NCBI GenBank assembly: GCA_025594325.1
Contig: JANHCV010000002.1
Coordinates: 2,418,001-2,482,000, forward strand
Source of the DNA: Blastocladiella emersonii ATCC 22665
Lineage: Eukaryota > Fungi > Blastocladiomycota
DNA: 64,000 nucleotides
Direction of reading: 5' to 3'
In this document: one piece after another, positions 1-10,800 of the stretch
Layout of the letters: each line of letters starts with the position of its first letter
Position numbering within the stretch: the stretch's first letter is position 1
The notes under the pieces: generated by a model
The model's database searches: none
Told to the model about the DNA's origin: nothing
What the model saw: the letters and a program-made list of their open reading frames with translations, nothing else
Program-made: the position numbers and the translations under genes

Positions 1-2148
1 ATCGAGACCATCTACAAGTTCTCAGACACGACAAACTCGGGCCGACTTACTACCACGCCTACTACTCCTGGGCTACAAAAGATTTGCGGCGAAACGCGTG
101 CGTTCCTGTTCGAGGGCGTGCTCCAAGATATCGACATGCACAACTGTGCGCCAACCATCATCTACCAACTGGCTCGTCACTACGGCCTTGAGCACCCGCT
201 CTTGACAGAGTACATTCAGAATCGAAGCCTGGTACTGGATCGACTTGGGATGAGTAAGACTGATTTCTTCACTGGCGCATTCCACAAAAAGTGCCCGTCG
301 GAACTCCCTGCGGACTACAAGATGTTCCATGCGTTCCTGTACAACGTGGTGGTGCCCAAGTTCCAAGAGATGCATCCAGACGTGTGGGCCATGTCGTCGC
401 CAAAGCATCCCAATCGCCAGGGCTCGTTCCTGTCGTTCATCTACCAGTGCGTCGAGTGCAAGGTTCTGCTCCACGCCAAAGACTTTTGCGCCTCGCGTGA
501 TATCAAGGTCGCGGTTCTCATGTACGACGGCATGATGGTCCGTGCCTCGGATCAGATCAACGAGCAGTTTATGGCCGACCTCGGTGCGTACACGCTCGAA
601 AAGACGGGTTTTGATATCAAGTGGGCCGAGAAACCCATTGTCGCGCCCTGTGCCATTCCAGAGCCCGAGGAAGAGGAGGATGAGAAGACGCCCGAGGAGG
701 AAATCTCCGAGTTCATCATCAACGAGTTCGAAACCAAGGGCTACGCCAAAGACGGCGACACGATCTACGCTGCATCCGAGGCCAATCCATTCTACTACGA
801 ACCGCTGATGACGGTGGCAGAGTACACGTCATACCTGCTCGACGAAGTCTTTATTCGGTACTTCAACAAGAATGCGCACAAGTACGCTCGCCATGTTGCT
901 GCTCGTCTCGGCCACGGCTCAAAGCACATCCGCCAGTACAAGCCGAATCGCAGCCTGATCGCATTCAAGAACGGAGTTCTGTTCACAGGCACGAAGCGCA
1001 ATCGCCAGTGGGGGCTTTACAGTTTCGAAGATATTGAGAACGACCGCGAGCGATTCGAACGCGAAGTTTGCGGCGGATGCCCTGTGGCATGGTCGTACAT
1101 TGACAACGAATTCGACTTTAGCATTCCGCGCTCGGAATACGACAACCTCGACCTCGGCCCGTACCGCGACGTTCTCGATCTACAGATGGGCGAGGACCCC
1201 GAGGCAATCAAACAGTACATCATGCTTGCGTTCGGCCGTTCATGCTTCCCTGTAGGCGAGCTCGACAACTGGCGTCTTTGCCTCATTACGTGGGGCGAGT
1301 CGGGTACAGGCAAGACTCTGACAATGGATCTGCTCAAGGAAATCCACGGAATCCAGCGCATGAGTATCATGGAAAGCGGGGCGAAGATGACGCCGTACAC
1401 AATCGGTTACGTGCGCGAAAAGCCATTCTGGATTCTCCAGGATGTGGACAAGGACGTGATTGCCAAACTTGGTCAGTCGCTGTTCAAGAACGCATCTGAG
1501 GGCGGCGGTCTCATGGGCGGCATGAAGCATCGCGACGAAGACACCAAGCAGTTTACCACCCATATCATGATGACGCTCAACTACCTCGTACAGTTCCAGG
1601 AAGAAAGTGGCGAAATCTCTACTCGAATGGTCATTGCCCATTTCAAGAACAAGCCGGCTCGCAAGGACGACAAGATTTTCAAGCGAATCGTGGACAAGTA
1701 CCTGATCAACATTATCGTCACGGGTCTTTCGGCGTATCATTCGACTCTGGATCACCTTGACGCGAACCCAGAGCAGACCTTCCGCGATGATGTGCTGAGT
1801 CCATTCTTCAAGCAATCCAACGAACAGGCGCGTGTGCTTAATGACGTTTATGGCAAGGCGATCCTGGCACAGGACTCGGGGTTCGTGGTCACTCAAGACC
1901 CGGCCGACTACGTGGGACTGGACGAGATTCAGAACGCGGGCAATGTCTCGATTTCCGCCAAGTGGAACGACGAGCTCATGGCAGCGATTGGACTGAAGGC
2001 CGATCGCATCAAGGTGTGTCGGAACTGTGGAAAGAAACACGTCAAGGGGTGCTGTGCAGACTACAGTCGTACGGCCCGCTCTTCAAAGCGAGTGGTGACT
2101 GGAATCCGCCGCGCCCGTTTCTCAGATGGCATGGACGACGACGACTGA
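1..2148 (+). CDS. TVpol (family A polymerase-like/primase) fused to D5/SF3 helicase; viral or Polinton-like replication protein, 5'-truncated by the window edge
   Basis: Frame 1 is open from base 1 (IETIYKFS...SGRL...GLQKICGETRAFLFEGVLQDIDMHNCAP), upstream of the called GTG at 118. Motifs: PolA-like motif A DIDMHNC (127-147), motif C LMYDGMMV (~517-540), D5-N-like IAFKNGVL, Walker A GESGTGKT (1294-1317), Walker B-like ILQDVD, motif C MTLN, C-terminal CxxC...CC. Intronless for over 2.1 kb, with less GC3 bias than the host genes. Confidence 0.85.
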   Translation: METIYKFSDTTNSGRLTTTPTTPGLQKICGETRAFLFEGVLQDIDMHNCAPTIIYQLARHYGLEHPLLTEYIQNRSLVLDRLGMSKTDFFTGAFHKKCPSELPADYKMFHAFLYNVVVPKFQEMHPDVWAMSSPKHPNRQGSFLSFIYQCVECKVLLHAKDFCASRDIKVAVLMYDGMMVRASDQINEQFMADLGAYTLEKTGFDIKWAEKPIVAPCAIPEPEEEEDEKTPEEEISEFIINEFETKGYAKDGDTIYAASEANPFYYEPLMTVAEYTSYLLDEVFIRYFNKNAHKYARHVAARLGHGSKHIRQYKPNRSLIAFKNGVLFTGTKRNRQWGLYSFEDIENDRERFEREVCGGCPVAWSYIDNEFDFSIPRSEYDNLDLGPYRDVLDLQMGEDPEAIKQYIMLAFGRSCFPVGELDNWRLCLITWGESGTGKTLTMDLLKEIHGIQRMSIMESGAKMTPYTIGYVREKPFWILQDVDKDVIAKLGQSLFKNASEGGGLMGGMKHRDEDTKQFTTHIMMTLNYLVQFQEESGEISTRMVIAHFKNKPARKDDKIFKRIVDKYLINIIVTGLSAYHSTLDHLDANPEQTFRDDVLSPFFKQSNEQARVLNDVYGKAILAQDSGFVVTQDPADYVGLDEIQNAGNVSISAKWNDELMAAIGLKADRIKVCRNCGKKHVKGCCADYSRTARSSKRVVTGIRRARFSDGMDDDD

Positions 2149-2582
2149 ACCCACTACCAAATGGCCGCCTACTCTATCAACCTATTTTGTGTCTCTGTGT
2201 CTCTGTGTCTCAGCTATAATATTCTTTTCTATAAATTGAAGAAAAAAATAGTAACATACTAAGTATGTATGTTGTTTTCAGTTCAAAATACGAGTTACAA
2301 GTGAAATCGCAGGGACACTGGGTCACTGGGACAAGACTCACCAACCCTCATCGATACTCTCACTGACTGACTCACCATTTCCTCACCGCGCCGACGGATT
2401 CATAGACCGTTTGCCAATATCGCCCATGCCCGTCGTGGATTTCAATTCATCGAATAATCGCAAAGTCATTTCGAGACGCGTCGTGGATCAGATGACCGTC
2501 ACGTGGGCCGCGAGACACTTGGAGACGCGTCGACTTATCACGTGAGGACCCTCCGCCACTTCGTGGCTGCGGGCGCGCGCGC

Positions 2583-2619
2583 ATCCCTGGGGATGTTTCT
2601 GACGGACGTCCCCAGGGAT
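2583..2619. repeat. 11-bp inverted repeat ATCCCTGGGGA ... TCCCCAGGGAT with a 15-nt spacer
   Basis: Read directly at 2583-2593 and 2609-2619. Confidence 0.9.
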
Positions 2620-2661
2620 AGACCTAACCACATCTACCTCTATAGCCATTTAATCCTATTC

Positions 2662-2687
2662 TGAAGTATCCTTATAAGGATACTTCA
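2662..2687. repeat. Perfect 26-bp palindrome TGAAGTATCCTTATAAGGATACTTCA
   Basis: The first 13 nt (tgaagtatcctta) are the exact reverse complement of the next 13 (taaggatacttca). Confidence 0.95.
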
Positions 2688-2695
2688 CTCATGTA

Positions 2696-3819
2696 GTGCA
2701 TGGGCGAGCCGCCGAGAACAAACATGTGCGAGTCGTGGATCACGAGCGAGTTTGTGGCCATTTGGTCGAGTCCCGCGGCCAGCGACTTGTCAATGGTCGC
2801 AGTCACGGGCGGCGTCCCCTTGTCGATGGCCACGTGCTTGAGCAGCGGCTGCGCGTAGCCAAACACGATCAGGTACCGCACGCTGCCGGGCGCCGAGTAA
2901 ACGGCCGACTGGAAGTCATCCCGCTTGAACGACAAGGTGTGCAGGTACCGTGCCCACGTGCGGGGCAGAAAGCTGAACACCCAAATGTCCGCGAGACGGT
3001 TGTTGGTGCCGTTGTTGCCGCCGACCAGTACCAGCCGGTTTGCGTCGAACCGGGTCAGACTCGCCCACGCGCGCGGCGGCGGGCGATCGCCTGACGACGG
3101 CTCGATCTCAGTGAGGCCCGACTAGGGACGTCGCGTGTGGGTCAGCTACTGAACGGATGCGGACGACGGCAGAGAGCGCGGGTATACCTTGTCAAACCGC
3201 CACAAGGTTGACGTGACGCTCGTCCAATTGCCAAAGACGTAGACCGCCGGGTCCGAGGAAAGCGAAGAGGTCGGGTCAAGCGGCACAAATGTCGCGGCCC
3301 ACCCCGGGTTCAGAATCCGAAGCGAGGCATTGGACGTGATGGGCTGCGAGACCGTCTCGACCGCCTCGACCGAAGTCGCGCGCAGGAAGTTGGGCACGCG
3401 GTAGTGCTGAACGGAACCGTCTCGGGATTGAGTCCCGTGAAAAGGTGCACCTCGTAACCGCCCGAGGCACTCGGAAGCGCATAAGCGGGCATGAAGCTGT
3501 CGGTGGACGGCAGCCTGAAAGGAGCCGGTGCAACGGCGTGCGATAAGGGATCAGAGAGGTTAGCGATCGGCGAAGCCAGGTCGACGATGGCCACGTCGTT
3601 GAGGTCAATGGGCTTCCCCGTCGTGAGCTGGCGCCCGCCAAACACGTAAATCTTGCGCTCGCGCGGAAGGCACAGCGTCGTCGGGTGGATGAAGGCGGTA
3701 GTGCGCTCGGCAGTGATGCGCACGTTCTCCGGCCACGCACCGCGCACGGCGGGCGCGGGGACGACCGCTACGAGCGCGAGAAGGGCGACCAGGGCAGGGA
3801 CGAGTCGGACGTGCTTCAT
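2696..3819 (-). pseudogene. Signal-peptide Kelch-repeat protein, frameshifted and 3'-truncated at the element junction
   Basis: Signal peptide MKHVRLVPALVALLALVAVV. Kelch motifs IYVFGG, VYVFGN, LVLVGG...DIWVF...W and MFVLGG. Intron ~3188-3122 (GTATAC...GCTGAC...CTAG). Apparent 1-nt frameshift near 3410. The reading frame runs into the palindrome and stops in mid-repeat. Confidence 0.7.
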
Positions 3820-3843
3820 AGCAACAAGAGCAGTGTGACAATT

Positions 3844-5430
3844 CTAGTGTCCCAAGGATCCGAGGGAGGGAGAGAGCGCGCGAGCGAGCTTTACGGTCAA
3901 GTACGAAGGCTCGCCTTGCCGTTTCGACGCTGAGGTCGGCAATCTCTCATGCGCCGCCGGAATTGCGCCCATGAGCTCCAGCGCGCCCGCGTCAGACATG
4001 TCGTTGTTGGCGAGGTGGAGCTTGACAAGCGCGGGCGGAAGATGCGCTGCGATCGCCCGCGCGCCAGTGTCGCCAATGTTGTTGATGAAAAGACTAAGCG
4101 AGGCGAGACTGCGCGGGAGCACATTCGCTAGTGCGTCCAGCCTCGGTGACGGCAGGTTGGAGAGGTCGAGGGACTGCATTGATCCGTTGGCAAGCAAGTG
4201 GCGGGATTCCCATACGCGGCGATCGCCATCGACTAGGGATGGAACCGCAAGGCCCTACATACGCGCGAGATGTAAGGCGATGGTCGTGATCGGTGATGGA
4301 TGGGGTTTGAAAAAGCACCGCGAACAGGCTCTCGTTGACGGAGGTCGGGGCGGGACCAGCGGGTACAGGACGTGGATTCGATTGAGGAAAGGGCATGATC
4401 GGCGGCTTCGGGAGCATCAAGGCCGCGTCGACGGGGAAAACCGGCCCGAATGCTGGACCAGCACTGGGCATCGGCATGGGCATCGGCATGGATATCGGCG
4501 CGGTCATTGCCCTGGCCATCGGCATCCGATCGACAGCTGGATACGGGGCGTCGGGCTGCATTGAATAGCGTTAGTTTGAGGCGCTTCAGTCCAGGCGATA
4601 TCAAACAACGTACGGCGATGGTCATCGAACGGAAGCGGTGGCCAAGGACGTTGTCCACGCGGTCCAGCGAGACAGGAAAGCTTGGTCGCGAGGGCACGGT
4701 ATTCGAGGACTTGGTTTCAATGAGCGTAGAAAGGCTGCCAACAATTCCGGCGAAGCTGGGCCGCGCCAAAGGATCACGAGCCCAGCACGTTTCCACAAGC
4801 GACCAAAGCTCACGCGAGTAGCTGCGCGCGCCAACTGGTGCCGCCGGCCGCATGCCCTTGCAGATCCAGCACATGATGACGTCCGCGCCAACATTATTGT
4901 TTGCAAATGGAATCATGCCGGCGACCACCTCGTAGCAGACCATGGCGAAAGCGAAAACGTCCGGCGCAAAGTGCCACTTGGAATCGTGAACCGTCCGCTC
5001 AGGCGCGAACCAGCGCGTGTTCCCAACTTCGCCTGGCTGAAAAATCCCCAAGTGACCAGTTCCGTTGTTTCCAATCATGCGCGCAAGGCCAAAGTCGGCC
5101 ACGACTCGCAGAGCAAAGGTGCCGACCGCGCCGTCGCCAAGGCGCTTCACGTAAGGGTTATTTGTGCGTTCCCGATGCATGATGCTTTGGCGACACGCTT
5201 AAGCGGAGAGCACTCTGATTGAGAGGCTCGCCGCAGGGCAGGGTGAGCAGGAGGGACGCGCCGCGCCACGCGGGTGCTCCCCATGTGACGGTTCCCCACT
5301 TGAGCCAGCCAACGCCTTGCGCACGGAAGCCGGCTCGTCCCTCTCCCTCTCTCGTAACGATCGGCTTCCATGTATCTGCACCGCTCCACTCGCTGCAATG
5401 AATGCTTCATCATGAGAACCTTCCATCGCC
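3844..5430 (-). pseudogene. Decayed TKL-type protein kinase with C-terminal RNI-like leucine-rich repeats
   Basis: ADFGLAR, GNTRWFAPE, DVFAFAMVCYE and CWARDPLARPSF motifs (4233-5180). The catalytic loop is degenerate (MHRERTNN) and there is no intact N-lobe. A Pro/Met-rich linker precedes the LRRs LSLFINNIGDTGARAIA and LHLANNDMSDAGA (3844-4197). Confidence 0.6.
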
Positions 5431-6054
5431 ATATTCTTCCTCGGACACGGCGTGCCGACCCGGCGCCTACCCGCCTAGCGAAGCGGCCGCGGTGCCGCAC
5501 TCGCTGCACCGAGTGTGTTGATTCGCACGTTCTCGTTCAACGCTGAGCGCTCAACCTTGAGCACCGTGCATCCGAGGCGCTCGCGCGTCACCGCATCCAT
5601 TCGGCTAGTCGTGATGCTCCGGCCGTTGTCCGCGCGTGCGAGAACTTGAGGACCCTACTTTCGCGCAGAACAGCGCTCGGTCCGACGCATCCTCCTCGGT
5701 CATTTCACTCGCTCCTACCCGTGTGCATCGAACCGCTGTCGCGTGCCTCATCTCGGGCCTGCACTGAGCACGGCAGCGGTCGTCGTGACAGCACGGTCAG
5801 CAGCCAGTTGGACACATGGCAAGACTCGTTACTTGGTAACGCACACGCCCTCGCGCAGTCGCTCGATGAGGAGAGCGAGCGGCGAGCGAACGCGCGGGGT
5901 CAGGAGCAGTAGCCGCCGCCGCTGCCGACCGCGGGGTCACGAACGACGGCGGCGGCCTCGCTTGCCGATGATGTTCACGCTGGAGTCCCGGCTGGACCCA
6001 GCACCACTCCCTCACGAATCGTCCGACACACAAGCTGAACTGCTCTATTCGTTG

Positions 6055-8550
6055 TCACGATGCCCTCGCCTTGCGCGGCCCGGCGCCCGATCCCGCCGCC
6101 CGGCCGCCCGGATCCTCGAACCACTCGACGCCGCCGTCCGCGTTCGGCCCGCGACTGCCGCCCGTCGCACCACCGCGTGAACCAGCGCGGCTCGCGGGCC
6201 GCAGTGGCCGCGATGACGCATATGGGTGAACCCGCGCGGCAGGCGCAGCCGGCCCGCGGTCACGCCGGCTTGTTGATGTCGTGAAGCCGGGCGATGACAT
6301 GGACGATGCAGGCGAAACAGCCGCCGGCAGGAACGGAACAAACGATGCGGCGGCGAATGGCAGGTGCGGCGGCGGCGGTGATGGCGGTAGCGGGTCAAGC
6401 GTCGGCGCCGACTCGCTGAGCGGGGACGTCAGCGGCAGCCACGAGTGGAACCCGTACTCGTCGGCGGGTGCTGCTGCTGCTGCTGCGGCCGCAGCTGATG
6501 CAATGGAGGATGCATGCGCGTCGCGCTGGGCGGCGGACTCTGAGCCCTCGCCAAAATCGCACGACCACGGTCGCACGGCGGCTGAAGCGGCGTCGTGATG
6601 CGGCGAGACGGGCGTGGTTGGCGACTGGAACGGCAGCGAGCGGCCGTGCCCATGCGCGTGTGCGTGCGCGGCGCGGGTCGGCCACGCGGCAGACACGAGC
6701 GCGTCGTGCGGCTGCGCTGCGAGGTAGAACGAGTCGGGCCTGCAAGCGGGTCCCGCTCTGCTCACGGCGGGGTACAGAGACGACGCGAGCGCGAGCCCGA
6801 TGGGCAGCGGCGCAGCAGCGGCGAAGCTTGTGTCGATCGAATCGGACTGCGTGCTACGTAATGCATGCGAGTGAGCACACGTCCAGCGAGGAAGGTCCAG
6901 GAGCGGCCCCCGATCCTGGCGCGGCTTGCAACGCCGGCACGCGAAAAGCGGAGCCAGGGGAGCGTCAGCCCCAGAATGGATCCAGGCGGGGCAGACGGCC
7001 GTGCGCACGCGCACGCGTTCAGCCCGCTCTGCGCCGTGGCTGGCGCGTCCGCGAACGCCACGCTGCGATCGAGGTAGTACGCACAGGGACGCGTTCAACC
7101 GAGGCCCGCCCCGCGGGAGCACACATCAAGGAAAACGTACCTCGCATGCGAACTAGGTCCGCTTGCAGTCGCCGCCGCCGTGTGCGGTAAATGTGGCCCG
7201 CCGATCCCGTTGACGGCGCGCGCGCGCGACTCGGCGCGTTGCGGCTGCTGCAGCTCCGTGAACCGCGCCAGGGTCGCGAGAAACCCGATGCCGCCGTTGT
7301 CGCTGCGCTCGCCGTCGTTCCAGGCGCTCGAGTCGCCGGCAGCCGCGGAGCTGGTCGCCGGCGGCGCATCAAAGGCAGGATGTACGGCTGGATTGAGCGA
7401 GTACAGCGGAGCGGGGTTCATGGTCGCACGCGGCGCGACCGCGGTGGAGGCACCGGCGATCGCTGGGTCCCACGACGGCGCCATTGCAGCGGGTGCCGTG
7501 GTCGCCGTGGATACGAGCGGCTGCTGGCGGTGCACGGCCACCGAGACGCCGCCCGGGTAGCGTGATGGAACGTGAGCCGGGTGGCCCGCCACCGTGGTCG
7601 CGTCGGAGGCCGAAGGATGATGGTGATGATGATGGTAGTGGTAATACACCGCCGGCGGCGCTGCGGTTTCCGCTTCAGCCGGATACACGGGACCCGCGTC
7701 GCGCAAGATCGGAGCGTACCGATGGCCGTGGCCATGGCCGTCCTGCGACGGCACGTTGCTGAGCTCGGGTGGCGGGGGCGACAGCGGCAGGGGCGGGGTC
7801 GGTGGCGCCCACTCGAGCGCGGGAGTGTTCGCCGCGCCCAAGATCTGGAGCACGCTGTTCGGCGCGGCCGCGTACCCGTGCGCCGGAGGCTGGGGCACGG
7901 GCGGCGGCGGTGGCGCGAAGGTGGGGATGTCGGCCAGGTCAAACTCGTACTCGGCCGCGAGCACCTCGGTCCAGTGGCCGGCGCCGAAGGCGCCCGACTG
8001 CGCGGCCAGGGCCATCATGATGTCGACGTCGGGGTCGCCGCGCTGCGAGAGCAGCCGCCACACGCACGACTCGCTGTGCTTGAGGTGCTTGACGAAATGG
8101 TCGCTGGACGGTGAACAGCGTGAGTCTTTGTCAGATCAGAAACGTGGAGCCGCGAGGAGCCCGCGTCACAATCGTGCGAACGCAACCCGAAGGCCAATCG
8201 CAACACAAGGAGCAAGGAAACAACAAGTACTACACACCGGCGGTTGGTGCGCGACCCGCACGGCACGGGACACACGAAGGGCAGCGCGTCGGGCGCGTGC
8301 TTCGTCTGGAAGTGGCGGGCGACGTCGTTGGCCCGCTTGCGCTTGCTACACTCATACGCGCGGAGAACGCCGTGAGTGATGGCCACGGAACGCGCTGACC
8401 ACGTACAAGCGCTGCGGGCATCCCGGGAACGGGCACGCCATGGGCCGCTGGCCGTCGGCACGGGACTCGAGCAGCAGGCACCCGTCGGACGTGACGTCAA
8501 AAGCGAGGTCCGGGTGCGACTCGTGCAGCGCGAGGAGGGCGGAACGGACT
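6055..8550 (-). CDS. C2H2 zinc-finger transcription factor (two fingers), paralog A; start not resolved
   Basis: Splicing introns 8406-8346 and 8237-8104 gives CPFPGCPQRFKRKRANDVARHFQTKH and CPVPCGSRTNRRDHFVKHLKH. A long Pro/Ala/His low-complexity tail follows; a further intron near 7140 is probable, with the stop at 6055. Confidence 0.7.
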
Positions 8551-9235
8551 GGGGATCACCGCACGAAGCGTCGCCAGAGGGCCGTGGTTGGTAGCCGTGC
8601 GGTGCAACGCGGCGTGGCACGACACGGCGCAAACAGATTGGACGAGAAGAAACGTAGAGCAAGCGGGTGGGCCGTCAGTGCACGTCGCCACACGAGTGAG
8701 AAGTGCTAGAGAACGAGAGAGACACACCGCGGCTGAGGCGCTGGGCGCCCTGGAGCGGGAGCTCCGCGCCGTTCGGGGAGCTGCGCGGCATCGCGATGGG
8801 ACAGCGGCTGGGTGGACGGTGGTCGTGGTGATGTGTGCGACCGCGACGTGGCGGACAGATGGAGAGTGCGATTGAGGCGCGGAGAAGCCCAGCGTGATGG
8901 ACAACCAGTCGAGCAGCGAGAGATCAACGGTTGCGCGCGGCGGCTCGGGGCAACGGAAGGCCCAGTCGCTTCAGTGCACTTCTGGACTTGGAGCTAAGTA
9001 AGAGTAGGGGAATCAAGAGGCAAGTGAGCGAGCGCGAGAGCGAGGAGCGCCGAGGCCCGTGGCGGTCGGCAGGGGTTGCCCCGAGTGCGTGGCGCAAGGG
9101 CAGGGCGAGGGCTCACCCCCGATCACGCTCCCCCGCAGTCTGAAACGACTCGTGTCTCGGCAACGGGCAGGGGCGGCATGCGCTGCGACTGTGTGGATGG
9201 TACATACTGCCATTTATTTACGCCGGGTAGAACGA

Positions 9236-10800
9236 TTAGTAGGGTGTCCAGCGTACAGCACGGTCGGTCGAAGGGGTTCGAGGGGATACAGCGGGGGAAG
9301 GGAAGAGCGACGTGCAGAGCGTAGGGCCCAGGGTGACGGCGATGCCGGCGTCGGCCGCACACTCGAGCAGCTTGCTGAGGCTGGTCTCCTCGATGTACAG
9401 CGTCTGGAGCATGGGCGACTGGGCGAGCGGCGACGCGGCCAGCGGCGGCGACGGACGCGTGACCAGGTCGAGCACAGTGAGCGGGACGCCGCTGGTCTCG
9501 GAGGAGTCAGCGGCACGGCTCCAGTTGATCACGTCGGCCACGATCCCGGCGCTGTCGGGCAACATAGCGGGCGCCGAGTCCGGGTCCGAGGCAGCAGGGC
9601 TCGCCAGAATGTCGGCCGGCGAAGCAACCATGGGCGGCGGCGGAGGAGGCGCCGAGCCGAACGGATCGGGCAGCCACGGATCCGCAGACTCGTCGCCGCA
9701 CCAAGGGGAGAGCAACCACGAGTCCCACACGGGCTCCTGCTGCTGCTGCGGGCCGTCGGCCACGAGTTCAGAGGCGAGCGCGGGCGACGGCGAGGGCGGC
9801 GATAGCGGTGCAGGAGACGTCGACAGGACACGAGCCGCCTCCGACCGCCGTCGCGTGCGCGGCCGAGATGACGGGGCAGGTTGCGGTTTCTGCTGCTGCT
9901 GCTTGCCGCGGCGGCGACGGGTGGACGCCTGGCGCGGCGGGACGGACGGCGTGTCGAGCGGGTCTACGGCGTCGTCCGCGGCCTCGACCATGTCAGGCGC
10001 GACGCCGAACGCGTCGAGCGAGAGCGGGTACGGGAGGCCGGCAGGCACGGCATCGGGCGCGAGCCGTTCGAATGCCGAGTTGATGGTGTTGAACCCGATC
10101 TCACGGACGAGCACCAGGATGAGCGCCGCGCCGGGAGCAACAGGCGCGGTCGGCGCAACCGCCGGGAGCAGGGCGGCGACGGTGACCATGAGGTTGGGGT
10201 CGCGCGCGGGCGGGTCCTTGGCCAGCTCGCACAGGAACGCGAGCGCGCACGAGCCCGCGTTGCGGCGCAGGTGGTCGATGAAGTGGTCGCTAGTTACATG
10301 GGATACATTGCATGGAGTTGCATCAAGTGAGTGCCACGGTGCATGGAGCGCGGCGTGGGATTGGGGAGCGAGAGTGGACGAGGCGTCGGCGCAAAGCATG
10401 GCGCGAAGCATGGCGCGAAGCCGCGAGACCGCGAAGCAGGGCGCGACGGCGAGCGATCGGGGTTGCAGAGGACCGTACCGGCGGTTCGTCCGCGACAAGC
10501 ACGACGAAACGCACACGTACGGCAGCGTGTCGCTCGCGTGCGCCGTCTGGAAGTGGCGCGCCGCGTCGTTGGTCCGGTTGCTGCATCGCAAGGGAGAGTC
10601 GGGTCAGCCCAAGCCGCATCGCGTCGCGGCACGACAGTGAGCAACGTACAACGACAGCGCGCACGACGGGCAGGTGGTCGGGCGCGAGTTGTCGGCCACG
10701 CACTTGATGGCCATGCTGCCGCTGGCCGTGAGCGTGAAGTGCAGGTCCGGGTAGGTTGCGCGTAGGCGGTCGAACGACGCGCGGACTAGAGGGCAAGCGA
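9236..10800 (-). CDS. C2H2 zinc-finger transcription factor (two fingers), paralog B; start not resolved
   Basis: Splicing introns 10649-10581 and 10478-10290 gives CPSCALSFNRTNDAARHFQTAH and CVSSCLSRTNRRDHFIDHLRRN. Intron positions and phases match paralog A. Confidence 0.75.

Larger units (their letters stand above)
1..2700. mobile_element. Terminal part of an endogenous viral element (Polinton-like virus, virophage-like or NCLDV-derived), left end outside the window
   Basis: TVpol-SF3 gene, then an AT-rich tract (~2200-2300), then several inverted repeats (2254-2268, 2583-2619, 2662-2687). There is an abrupt junction with an interrupted host Kelch ORF at about 2690-2700. Confidence 0.65.
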
